A DNA stretch of 64,000 nucleotides. Source: Mayamaea pseudoterrestris (Eukaryota). Made by a program: the position numbers and the translations under genes. The DNA is taken from assembly GCA_027923505.1 (NCBI GenBank), contig BROI01000002.1, positions 1 through 64,000 of the forward strand. The letters run 5' to 3'. This document shows, piece by piece, positions 22,453 to 32,665 of the stretch. The notes under the pieces are model-generated. The model searched no databases and was not told the DNA's origin. It saw only the letters and a list, made by a program, of their open reading frames with translations. Numbering within the stretch: the first letter of the stretch is position 1; every line of letters begins with the position of its first letter.

Positions 22453-24512
22453 ATGACGAAAGAAGCAAGCAAAAACTCTTCTCAAAAAGTTCTTGACAAA
22501 GAAGAAGATGATGAAAGAGACTTTCTCGTCATTCATGAGAGTGTATCATTCGATGAAGGCGATGATGACGAAGGAGATGATGAACTTCCTTCTTGTTCGG
22601 CCGAAACCACTGTTCGAGTTACTACAAACCTAATTCAACCGCAAAAACTTGGTCGATATCGGCGCAACCTTGGTTGGATGCTTCTACACTTCTTTTGTCT
22701 CTTCATTTACCTACTACCCATGCTACTTCCACACGCCTTTCACCAAGGCCGACCCGTCTTGGACGAAATGCACTTGACGGCAGCCGAACATCACGATGTA
22801 AATTCTCCGTCGGCAACCTTGGCGGAAATCTTTACCAACGACTACTGGGGCAGACCGATGAATGCCACCAATAGTCACAAGAGTTGGAGACCATTGAGTG
22901 TATTGAGCTTTCGACATTTGAAGGGAGGTCGACTGTTTAAGGATTTGATGGCGCATCGATTGGTCAACGTCATCACACACGCCGCAGTAGCCGAACTGGT
23001 CGGTTTATTGGCCGTCAAGATGCTTCCCACGCATGTTAATCCAACGTTGCTGCGCTTGTTCACCAAGCTACTCTTTGCGCTGCACCCAACGCACGTGGAA
23101 GTCACGGCCAATGCGGCGAATCGGCCACACTTGTTCGCCGTCTTGGCGAGTGTGCTACTTTGCGACGCTGATTTGCATCCACTGCTGTTTCTAGTGGCGC
23201 TAGTCTGCGGCTACCTGTCGTGTGAAACGTTTCTGTTTCAAGTTCCGGCGGCCGGTGTCACGCTGGCAGGTTTGGTGTACATTCAGCTGTACCATGGTCC
23301 AAAGCAGTTGCGGCAGCGAAAATCACTATGGAAGCAACTATTGACAGTGCTGAATATAGTTTGGTGGAGACTGCTGCTGCTCATTGCCAGTGGTTTCGCC
23401 TACTATGCGTTTCGCCACTCGCGCGACTGGCTATCCATTCCGGAAGGCTTGATTCGACCAGCCGAGAATCCCTTTTACGAGTTTGTCGGAGAGGAGCGAT
23501 TTCGCAACTACTTGTTCGTCGTGGCAATACAGTGAGTAGACGAAACAGAGGGAGCTTGAATTATTGTGCATGCTTTCGACGCGACGCTAACATTTCTGCA
23601 CCCTCTTCCGACAGCATACTAAAGTCGTGGGACTTGGATATCATTGGCTTCTCGCACGAGTACGGCCGAGCTTGCATCAAGCCACTCGACGATTGGAATG
23701 ATTTTCGCATGGCAATTCCAGCTGCATTGATTGCTTCGTTCGCTCTCATTTTGCTAGTGCTGCTCTTTCAGCAACGCCGACGGTCCGTGCTGAGCATGTC
23801 GCTCATTTTATACTTGGTGCATTTGGCGTGGATGGTGACGCTGTTTCCAATCTCTGGCATTGTCAAGGTTGGCACGTTCATTGCCGATCGCGTTGTTGTG
23901 GCGTCAACCGTTTCGATTTGTATACTTGTTGCAAATGGGCTGTCGAGCTGGGTCAGCGTCCGGGCCAGAAAGACGACGCGTTGGAAGTTAATCGTGCTGG
24001 GAATGGTGGGACTATTCATGTGGCTGAGGATCCATCGTCGAACCATTGACTGGATGGACTCGAAGATGCTGCTCGAGTCAAGCTTGAAAACGTGTCCGCG
24101 GTTTGCCAAGGCGCATCTAGAAACGTCAAAGATTTACTCTGGACTCTACCCGCAATTATTGAACGTGACCAAAAGTCGGTGGCACTTGCAGCAAGTAGAG
24201 CAGATTGATCCAGACTTTTGCGACGTTCACCAGCAGTTTGCCTACGTTGCAATTCAGGAGAATAATCACGACGAATTCGAAACACGACTCGCGAAGAGTC
24301 TCTTTTGCCCCTTTACCATGGGCGCCAGCGTTCCAATGTGGCAAAGCTATTGGGAACAAACCTTGCGTCAAAGTACTCCCGAAACAATAACAGCCGCGCA
24401 GGCTCGATATGAGGAGTACATGAAGGACATTAATCGAGCCATGCGAGAGGCTGAAGCGCAGGAGGGAGTTGCAAAGCAATCCAGCTCTCCGTTGGTGGCA
24501 TGGAAGCGATAG
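22453..24512 (+). CDS. TMTC-like GT-C protein O-mannosyltransferase (DUF1736-type) with short TPR-like tail; exons 22453-23531 and 23615-24512
   Basis: IFTNDYWGRPM..TNSHKSWRPLSVLSFR, LFALHPTHVEVTANAANR, RPAENP, VKVGTFIADR and W.DS..LLESSLKTCP are TMTC family motifs. Multiple TM segments. Confidence 0.85.
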
Positions 24513-24701
24513 ACCTATCAGTATAACTTTAAGTCATTTTTCTATTGTCCTATCGTTCAAAATTCAAGCTGGTACAATAAAGTAGCTGTGACATTTTAGC
24601 TAGACGGTGACGAAAAAGTGAGACGATCCGAGATTTTCATCGCAGCGGTACTTGCGCTCGCGACGCGGCGCGCCATGTGCGGGCGCTGCGCCACAATCAC
24701 C

Positions 24702-25967
24702 ATGGCGTCTGCTTCGCTTTCAGCTTCAGCCTCGGCCCCGCCGCGCCGCTTCATCTACAATGATCACGACATGGATCAATTTCTCAAAAGCTTTTGCAAG
24801 AAGGACCTTTTGCAATTGACGTCCGCCATGGGAAAGTCATGCTCATCAGCCACTGATTTCGAATACGATCCGGCGCATCCATTGATGGAACTTTATCCAG
24901 CCATGGCAGCTTTGCATGGATCATTACGACAAATGCAAACCTGGATCACTGACATTCCTCCTGACGAACACGCCAAGGCTCGGTTTGGGAATCCGGCGTT
25001 CAAAGTGTGGCATGCACGACTCTTGGAACGAAGCGTTTCCATTGCTTATGTCGTGCTGCAAGTGGGCAAGCGCTACGCGGACGCACCACATGCAGCCTTC
25101 GACGAAGCGACTCTTCAAGATGCGTCACAGCAAGGCTATGACGCAGCAGCGACTGCTTTATCTGTAAATGACATTGTTGACGCCACGGATCAAGCATTGG
25201 TGCAGGAGCTGAGCGCCTATTTGCAACTCGCCTTTGGCCATCCGATTCGACTCGACTATGGAACGGGCCATGAGTCATCCTTCCAGGTGTTTTTGCTGTC
25301 GCTGTGCAAGCTTGGATGCTTTGGGTCCACGGAAAAGGAACCGCCGTCGACGAAGCGTATGAAGGCCACGACTCTGTCCTTGTATTCCGCCTACCTTGCC
25401 GTTTGTCGACAGATTCAAACGGACTACATGCTCGAGCCAGCAGGCAGTCACGGCGTATGGGGACTTGACGATTACCATTGTTTGCCGTTTTACTTTGGAG
25501 CCTGCCAACTCGTTGCCGCTGACGCAGATTTGGAGTTGACGCCAAAGAGCATACACAGTGACCGCGTATTGCGCGACGAGGGTGACAAGTACATGTACTT
25601 TGGCTGTATTCGATACATTAAGTCACTGAAAAAGGGAGCTCCATTCTTTGAATCATCGCCCATGTTGAACGACATTAGTGCATTGTTGTCTTGGTCCAAG
25701 GTGGCGTCAGGTCTCCTGCAACTATATGAAGGTGAAGTGTTGAAGAAGCGAGTTGTGGTGCAGCATTTTGTCTTTGGGAACGTGTTTTCCGCTGACTGGG
25801 TGCCATCCGTGGAGGAGGAAGCGCAAGCTCCAAAGGAAACCTTTCGATCAGGTAGGGGCAGTGGAAATAGTCTCTCGCCGACGGAGGGCCAAGCCCCGTG
25901 GGCAAATCATCATTCACGTACAACGCCGTCAGAATTCTCGCCGACGAAAGCGCCATGGGCCAAGTAA
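24702..25967 (+). CDS. PTPA: Serine/threonine phosphatase 2A activator (PTPA/RRD)
   Basis: RFGNPAFKVW, RLDYGTGHE, YMLEPAGSHGVWGLDDYH, FFESSPML, LYEGEVLKK.VVVQHF. Start uncertain (24676 or 24702). Confidence 0.93.
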   Translation: MASASLSASASAPPRRFIYNDHDMDQFLKSFCKKDLLQLTSAMGKSCSSATDFEYDPAHPLMELYPAMAALHGSLRQMQTWITDIPPDEHAKARFGNPAFKVWHARLLERSVSIAYVVLQVGKRYADAPHAAFDEATLQDASQQGYDAAATALSVNDIVDATDQALVQELSAYLQLAFGHPIRLDYGTGHESSFQVFLLSLCKLGCFGSTEKEPPSTKRMKATTLSLYSAYLAVCRQIQTDYMLEPAGSHGVWGLDDYHCLPFYFGACQLVAADADLELTPKSIHSDRVLRDEGDKYMYFGCIRYIKSLKKGAPFFESSPMLNDISALLSWSKVASGLLQLYEGEVLKKRVVVQHFVFGNVFSADWVPSVEEEAQAPKETFRSGRGSGNSLSPTEGQAPWANHHSRTTPSEFSPTKAPWAK

Positions 25968-26305
25968 GATTTACAACAGGTAACGAAACATAATAACGAC
26001 TCGTTTTGGTAGCTATGATATCTGTGTTCTATTACCAATATCATACGAGTAGCATTCGTACATACTCACGACCCGCAAGGACTTGAGAAACAGCTGACAT
26101 GACACTGTTCGGTAAATTGCTAGTGACGTCGAATGCATGACGTCACATTGTTCTCCATCGCCACGACGAACCACCATGGCGACCACCAACTTTTTTGTTG
26201 CTCTCCAGCTGCCCGAATCTTTGTATATAGTGAATCTGACGACGTGATTTGTAATTCACAGCTTACAATTCTTTGCGCTGTATTAATCGCTGTGACGTTC
26301 ACGCC

Positions 26306-27175
26306 ATGACGCGACAATACAATGCAGCAATTCCGACGACGGCTTCGAGGCTGCAAGGACGACGACAATCATTTTTCATTTTGGGCTGCTACATCCTCGC
26401 GAGTATGACTTATTGTGTAGATGCTTGGACTGGCAGCTACTGCAATAAGAATGCTAATGTAAAATGCGGGACTCCACTTTTTCGACTCCATAGAATGGAA
26501 AATGTCAGACTGCGTAAGCAACAACACCTCCAAGGACGATGCTTTACCACTCTAGCATCATCGTCGTCTTCATCTTCATCATCACCTTCATCAACACTGT
26601 TGACGGACAGGGAGCAGGAGACGCTGACTCTTGTCCGACGAGTCGTCGAGGAGGAGATTGGAATCGACGCCTGGAACGAGGCTGTTTCCTGTTTGGCCAC
26701 ATTTTTACAATCACCAATACAACCAGACGCAGCAGCAACAACCGACGACGCAGATTCTGTATCAACAACACACGACCAAGCCGCATGGTGTTTGGCGGAA
26801 GCCTTTGGCTGGAAAAAGTGGGTCTTGAGCAGCAGCACTCTGCGCAAGTATCAAACGCAGCCGATTGTTCCAAGCGTCGAATCCCTGGAGGAAACCATGG
26901 ACTGGCTTTTGCAGGGACCCTTGCAGCTGCAAAAAGATCCAGCGCTACTTCAAACGTGTCTATTAAAGTATCCTGCCTTGTATATCAAGGATCCGCAAAC
27001 CCTGTATCGAAGAGCCATTCAGTCGGCGCCGCGCGCGTACCGCGATGCGGCAGCCTTTCGAACGCTCCTACGCCAGGATCCATCCGTGCTGGATGTCTTC
27101 TACAATTGCGGCGACGAGGATGATGGGTGTGCGTCCAATTGCGGCAATTGCTGGGTCACGTATCAGCGGCGGTAA
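26306..27175 (+). CDS. Hypothetical, probably plastid-targeted protein with a C-terminal Cys cluster
   Basis: Hydrophobic leader ending CVDA|W, then an R/S-rich transit-like segment. AEAFGW..W motif, short helical repeats (LLKYPAL, LRQDPSVL), and ends YNCGDEDDGCASNCGNCW. Confidence 0.7.
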   Translation: MTRQYNAAIPTTASRLQGRRQSFFILGCYILASMTYCVDAWTGSYCNKNANVKCGTPLFRLHRMENVRLRKQQHLQGRCFTTLASSSSSSSSSPSSTLLTDREQETLTLVRRVVEEEIGIDAWNEAVSCLATFLQSPIQPDAAATTDDADSVSTTHDQAAWCLAEAFGWKKWVLSSSTLRKYQTQPIVPSVESLEETMDWLLQGPLQLQKDPALLQTCLLKYPALYIKDPQTLYRRAIQSAPRAYRDAAAFRTLLRQDPSVLDVFYNCGDEDDGCASNCGNCWVTYQRR

Positions 27176-27386
27176 TGAAATGCAATGAGCAGAGTAGTGG
27201 TGCTTGCTGCGCATCGACGCAATTTGATCGAGACTAGTCATTTGCGAATCATGTTCAAGATTGGTGGCTAAAAGAAGCGCTGACGAATAGCTGCCAGGCT
27301 GTTCAAATAGAGCATAAAAGTAGTGTGTGGTGGGCTTGCCGCTGCGGATAATAGATATTTAAAGTAGATCATGGTTGCTAGTAATT

Positions 27387-27980
27387 CTACATTTCTGGCA
27401 TGTAAGCACCGTCAAACCAGCTTGGACGGTCCGCACCTCCTTCTAAGCCTTCCGAGAATTCATTAATACGTGTGTTGATTGTTGCTGCGTCTTTGTTTGA
27501 ATCCTCAGTCTTGCCTTTTAAGAATGGTGCGAGGCATACAACGACAGTCTCCATTGCCGAGTGGATTTCGTACTTCTTTTTTAAACTTTTCCAACCATCT
27601 TTCGACCATGCCACGAAATCATAATAGGTAGTAAGCTTTGTGGTGGGATCGGAAAGGCACAAGCTTTTCCAAGCGGCAAGTTTGACGAGGGAAATAAGTT
27701 CTTTTAGCTCCAAGGCCTCCAGCAACTCGAGGACTTTCTCTCGCTCCCTGTTGAAGATAGTTCTCTCGTCTTCAAAGCCCGTATTTCGATTCTCCAAAGA
27801 AGGACGCTTGTAAGCATTCAGAAGAATGGTTCCGTAGACTTGTTGCTGCCACTGTTCGAGACCAAGTTGACTGATTCTTGGGCTTAGCTCATCGGTCAAT
27901 TTAATCGCTCGCCTTTGAGGCGCTCCAATTGGAGATGGAGGTCTAGTGGTGAATGAAAATGAGCTGGAATAGCTTGTCAT
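27387..27980 (-). CDS. Small diatom 'LxKLAAWK' domain protein, copy 3
   Basis: LSPRISQLGLEQWQQQVYGTI...LVKLAAWKSLC...GWKSLKK...SAMETVVVCLAPFL. Confidence 0.8.
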   Translation of the reverse strand: MTSYSSSFSFTTRPPSPIGAPQRRAIKLTDELSPRISQLGLEQWQQQVYGTILLNAYKRPSLENRNTGFEDERTIFNREREKVLELLEALELKELISLVKLAAWKSLCLSDPTTKLTTYYDFVAWSKDGWKSLKKKYEIHSAMETVVVCLAPFLKGKTEDSNKDAATINTRINEFSEGLEGGADRPSWFDGAYMPEM

Positions 27981-28474
27981 CGGGACTTATGAAGGTAAGC
28001 TGCCGGAGAGCAGATTCTACATGTGCGTTGGACGCAACGAAAGATCCGTTTCTCGGTTAACTGAAAATGTCACATCCACGTCGTAGCGCGTCTTTCCGAT
28101 ACTCTCGCTGTATAGCATCCCGCAAACTATGGACGTACTTGTACAACACTTGGCGCCCTTCATTTAATAATGTGTGAACTGAATTGGAAAGTGTATATGA
28201 TATGTGATTGTTGCGCATGCTCATCATCACATGTTACACTAATGATTTGGGCTACGTTCGCTACTGATGTTAGCTAAGAATCGCTTCGGTACTCGATCAC
28301 GACGACGACCTCGATTCGCTCGACCATTCGACTGCGGCCATGGACGGGCTCCGATAGCGCAATCCTTTTTTGCTACCGCTGCACCATAAATGTCAAAGCA
28401 AGGCATTTTTAGAGTTGCTTATAGTAGGCAGATAATATTCAGCATTGCGCAACCAAAAGATATTTCGTCTTGGC

Positions 28475-31400
28475 ATGCGACGCCGCCCTTTGCGTATCAT
28501 TGGCTGCTCCTTCATCGTCATGTTCTTTCTTGCTTCTACAAGAAATTGGAGGCAAGCTACTTGCTTTGTTCATAATAAACATTTGAAACGAAACAGAATA
28601 TCCATTTCTAAAGCTACATTCATATCATCGACCCGGCGCGGCGCTGCCAATTCGCGATGGAACGTTGGCGATTTTGTTCGACTAAAACACTCGAATGAAA
28701 CGAGTGGAACGATTCAGCAGGTTCGAGGCTCGGGCTGGTATACCATCAAGCTTCATGATCATGCTGACGACAAGCCGATGAGTGTCAGGGGAACGCAGCT
28801 ACTAGCAGCTGTCGATGTCGAAGGAACGACTTCATCAAGTCACCATCCGGTGGCACCTTCATCGCGCTCACTGAGCACTGCCAGCGACAGCGAGACAACA
28901 CTTCCTCAACCACCCACCATTCATGATTTGGATGCCTTGCTGCAAGATCCACCGAGCAATGTCACGGACGCCACCATGATGGCGCAACTGCGTCACTTTT
29001 CCACTTTTGATCGCTGGATCGTTTTGACCGATTTACACTGCGCACCTTCCTCACTGACCACTTGTCTACAGGTGCTTGACAGGACGCACTCACTCGCCTC
29101 CGAGCGCGGCGCCGGAGTACTCTTTTTGGGCGACTTTTGGCACCAGCGCGGCGTGCTGCGGGTCGACTGCTTGAACGCCGTGTTAGAGTCGCTGCAGTCT
29201 TGGACGGTGCCCCTGATGATGATTCCTGGTAATCACGATCAAATTACCTTGAGAGGGCATGAGCATGGATTGACGCCACTGGCGAATGCGTATCGAATAG
29301 CAGTGCCGGTGGTCGCTACTGATGTTAATGATGCTACTACTGCAGGCAGTCAACAATCCACAACAGACACTACCATTCCAGGTATTCTCATATTTTCACA
29401 CGCCACAAAGTTTCATCAGGCGCTATTCGTGCCACACATGCGTGACGCGGCCATTATGGAATCCATTGTCCAGTCACCCCAGGCACTGTCTGCGACAGCC
29501 TTGTTTCTGCACGCCGATGTCACTGGCGCCTACATGAACGACATGGTGCAGTCATCGGGTGGCGTTCCGCCAAGCATGTTTCCAAGCGGCAAGCACATTT
29601 ACTCGGGGCACTTTCACAAGCCACATGTAGTGGAGTCGAGCCATGTGCGCATTGAATACTTGGGGTCGCCGTATCAAGTGTCGCTCTCCGAGGCGCACCA
29701 AGACAAGGCACTGGCAGTGATGAGTGCCATGGAGGGTTGGAAGTGCGTGGAGAAAATACCAATGGATATTGGACGCAGGCATTTTCGTGTAGTCGGCACG
29801 GAGCAGCTCATGAAATTGTCGGTACATGACGAATCGACGATTGCTTTGGACGGCGCTGCATCGTTGAGGACAGGCGATCGAGTCGTCTGCTCCTTGTCTA
29901 AACGAGAGATGGACAGCATTGACAGAGACGTAGAGAGGCGCATTCATCAGCTACGAAAGGCTGGTGTCGCCGTGGAGCTTCGAGAGGTACCGGAGCAAAC
30001 ACCACTGACTGCTGGCGAGTTTGTGAGTAACTCGGCGCCTGTCGAAAATCTGTCGCCGAAAGCAACCTGGAAGGCTTATCTCGATCACGAGGTGGAACGT
30101 GAAGCGATAGAAAGCTCAGCCGCAGAAGCTCTCCTGGCTAGTGGATTGGAGCTTCTAGACTCTGTGACAGAGGATAATGAAAAAATTAAGATCGATGCTT
30201 GGGAGGAGCGCACCGAGTTGAATTTCGATTCGGTGACACTGGAAGGTTTTGGGCCGTTTCGAACCAAGCAAACGTATCCACTGCGTAATCGGGGTCTTGT
30301 CTTGCTTCGAGGTAACAATCAGGATGGAGGCGCCGATAGTAATGGAAGTGGCAAGTCCTTGCTGGCCATGTCAACTCTTTGGTGCTTTACTGGGTCGCTT
30401 GACGCTCGGCCGATGGAGGACTCAAAGGTGTCAGACATTATAAATGATGAATGTAAAACTGCTAGAGTCACGGTTCAAGGAGAACTTAACGGTGTCGGCT
30501 TTTCCGTTACGCGGTCGAAAACTTCGTCAAAAAGTGGTTTGATTTTCCTTCTTGATGGTCAAGACGTGTCGGCACAGTCGGCCAAGGAGACGCAGGCATT
30601 GTTCGAAGAAAAGTTGGGAGTGGATGCCCGCATTCTTGCAAGAACGATCTTCCATGGTCAGCATTCCATTGACGATCTTCTTGAGGCCACTGACACAAAG
30701 TTGAAAGATGAATTATCCATGCTTGTGCCTTTAAATATATGGCAAGAAGCCGCGGCCAAGGCAAGAAAGCTGGGACGCGCAGCATCAAAGCGCATTGATG
30801 AGATTCGTGGTATGTTGACGATTCGCACAGGCGATTTGGACCGACTAAAATCTCGCGCGAGTAGCGTGCAAGCAAATGTGGAGATGATTGAGCGGGCGCT
30901 TTCTACGCGTGAGCGTTTGCTGGCTGAGGAGCTAGAAACAGGCGAGCTCTCGCGTCCTTTCGATATCAGTGCGCTCGGAAGTACTTTAGAAACAGCGACC
31001 AATGCTGTTCGTGATATTGAAGAAAAGATTGCTATTATACAACGTCAAAAGCAAGTCGAGTTGCTGGATCTGCAGAAATCTTTGGAGGAGGCAGTGGCTA
31101 CGAAAGTGGCGTTAGATAACGAGCTGCAGTCGCTTCTGCGCCAACGCGATATTCTTGCTTTGAAATTGGATTCAGCAAATGAGAGTCTCATGAGCATTAA
31201 AACGACTTGGAATATTGATTTGTCCCAGGGCGTAGTCAACATGCAGATGCCTGATTCGTGTCCGACGTGTGGACAGCCACTTACGGACGAACATGTTCAC
31301 CACAGCGTGGAGGAAGCTGTTGGTGCCGACGCTATAGAGGCTCTAGCCAGCGTTGAAAAAGTGGAGGCTGAGCTGGCTGATTTGCAGGCCCGATTTGATG

Positions 31401-32302
31401 TGTGCCAGAACTCGATAACGGAAGCAGTTGAAACTTTGACAGAAGCGCAGGCAAAGCTTCGTGAACGAGAGACGTACTGGAACCAAGTGGCAGAACAAGA
31501 CAATGACGAACTGCTGCAGGCTAGGCAGACACTCGCGGAGGCATCGACGACGTTCACTTCCGCTGCAGGTGAGTTGCAGAAAAACGTTAGATTGGACGAG
31601 CTCAAGGCCGGCATCGACAAGGAAAATGAACGATTGCGATATCAAAAAGAGTCTCTTTTATCCCTGACGACAGAGATGGAAGACTACGAGCGCATGATTG
31701 ATGAACTTCACTGCGACGTTGCAAAGGAGCGAAGCACTGAAACATCCATGGCTGACTTGTCGAATGGGTTTAGTCCTCGTGGCGTCCAGACGTTTGTTCT
31801 GCAGAGTGCTATACTATCTCTTCAGAACGCCGCCCAGTCATATTTGAACGATTTCAGCGATGGTTCGCAAAAGCTAGAAATGACATTGGACATGGGAGAC
31901 CGCATTTCACGGCGAGCCTTTGTGCGCGACGCGGATGGCAACTACCGGGAGCGCGCGCTCGCGTCCTTGTCGGGTGGACAATGGCGGCGATGCTCTCTCG
32001 CTTTGAATCTTGGCTTCTCTGACCTTGTAGCTAGACGTGGACAGCTCCGGCCGTCGTTATGTGTCTTGGATGAGCCGTTGACACACTTGGACCGGACGGG
32101 AAGGTCAAGCGTCGGTCGCGTTCTTCGTGACTTGTTGCGCCGCAATGCGCAAGGGACTGCTCATTCGCTCTCCGTTTCGACGATACTACTGATTCTTCAG
32201 GATTTGACGGCGGAGGAACTGGAAGAGTCGTTTGACTGCATTGACGAGGTTGTCAAGAAGGATGGGTATAGTCATGTCGTTGTTGATGAAGGCAATCTGT
32301 GA
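28475..32302 (+). CDS. Single-chain Mre11/SbcD nuclease - Rad50/SbcC SMC-ATPase fusion, with N-terminal presequence and SH3/KOW-like module; intronless
   Basis: Phosphoesterase motifs TDLH, LGDFWH, IPGNHD, HAD, SGHFHKPH, YLGSPYQ. ATPase start LEGFGPF, Walker A SNGSGKS, coiled coil with zinc hook CPTCGQ, signature LSGGQ, Walker B/D-loop LCVLDEPLTHLD. Confidence 0.92.
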   Translation: MRRRPLRIIGCSFIVMFFLASTRNWRQATCFVHNKHLKRNRISISKATFISSTRRGAANSRWNVGDFVRLKHSNETSGTIQQVRGSGWYTIKLHDHADDKPMSVRGTQLLAAVDVEGTTSSSHHPVAPSSRSLSTASDSETTLPQPPTIHDLDALLQDPPSNVTDATMMAQLRHFSTFDRWIVLTDLHCAPSSLTTCLQVLDRTHSLASERGAGVLFLGDFWHQRGVLRVDCLNAVLESLQSWTVPLMMIPGNHDQITLRGHEHGLTPLANAYRIAVPVVATDVNDATTAGSQQSTTDTTIPGILIFSHATKFHQALFVPHMRDAAIMESIVQSPQALSATALFLHADVTGAYMNDMVQSSGGVPPSMFPSGKHIYSGHFHKPHVVESSHVRIEYLGSPYQVSLSEAHQDKALAVMSAMEGWKCVEKIPMDIGRRHFRVVGTEQLMKLSVHDESTIALDGAASLRTGDRVVCSLSKREMDSIDRDVERRIHQLRKAGVAVELREVPEQTPLTAGEFVSNSAPVENLSPKATWKAYLDHEVEREAIESSAAEALLASGLELLDSVTEDNEKIKIDAWEERTELNFDSVTLEGFGPFRTKQTYPLRNRGLVLLRGNNQDGGADSNGSGKSLLAMSTLWCFTGSLDARPMEDSKVSDIINDECKTARVTVQGELNGVGFSVTRSKTSSKSGLIFLLDGQDVSAQSAKETQALFEEKLGVDARILARTIFHGQHSIDDLLEATDTKLKDELSMLVPLNIWQEAAAKARKLGRAASKRIDEIRGMLTIRTGDLDRLKSRASSVQANVEMIERALSTRERLLAEELETGELSRPFDISALGSTLETATNAVRDIEEKIAIIQRQKQVELLDLQKSLEEAVATKVALDNELQSLLRQRDILALKLDSANESLMSIKTTWNIDLSQGVVNMQMPDSCPTCGQPLTDEHVHHSVEEAVGADAIEALASVEKVEAELADLQARFDVCQNSITEAVETLTEAQAKLRERETYWNQVAEQDNDELLQARQTLAEASTTFTSAAGELQKNVRLDELKAGIDKENERLRYQKESLLSLTTEMEDYERMIDELHCDVAKERSTETSMADLSNGFSPRGVQTFVLQSAILSLQNAAQSYLNDFSDGSQKLEMTLDMGDRISRRAFVRDADGNYRERALASLSGGQWRRCSLALNLGFSDLVARRGQLRPSLCVLDEPLTHLDRTGRSSVGRVLRDLLRRNAQGTAHSLSVSTILLILQDLTAEELEESFDCIDEVVKKDGYSHVVVDEGNL

Positions 32303-32665
32303 GAGAAAAGTCATGTCTCTCAAAGTCGAAACACACCCCCTTTGCTATTTTGGAAGCTGCCATAATGAAATGCCTGGGCTCTACTATTATCCCGGTATCA
32401 CTTATCGAGAATCCATTGCTCGCGTTGCGGCGGTAGTTGGTGGTTCAAGCGTACCGGTCATATCTAGGTTGACAATGACATTCCAGCTCTAACACTGTAT
32501 ATTTGATGATAATTTAGCATGACCCTTTTCCTTCACTTGTACCGTGCGAATGGTAAAGTGTACATGCATCAATTCATTTGCTCGCAGTAGATAGGTAACT
32601 GCAGTTTGCTTCCGAGAAAGGCCTGACTGTCATACCGGTACTCACAAGTGACCAATCCGGGACTC

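Noticed and set aside
25880..25967. Repeated APWA motif at the PTPA C-terminus
   Set aside because: Similar tails are, from recall, common in fungal and protist PTPA proteins; not considered novel.
13021..32302. DNMT5 and Mre11-Rad50 fusion as a functional genome-defence cluster
   Set aside because: They are separated by unrelated housekeeping genes and probably act in different compartments; proximity alone is not evidence without synteny data.
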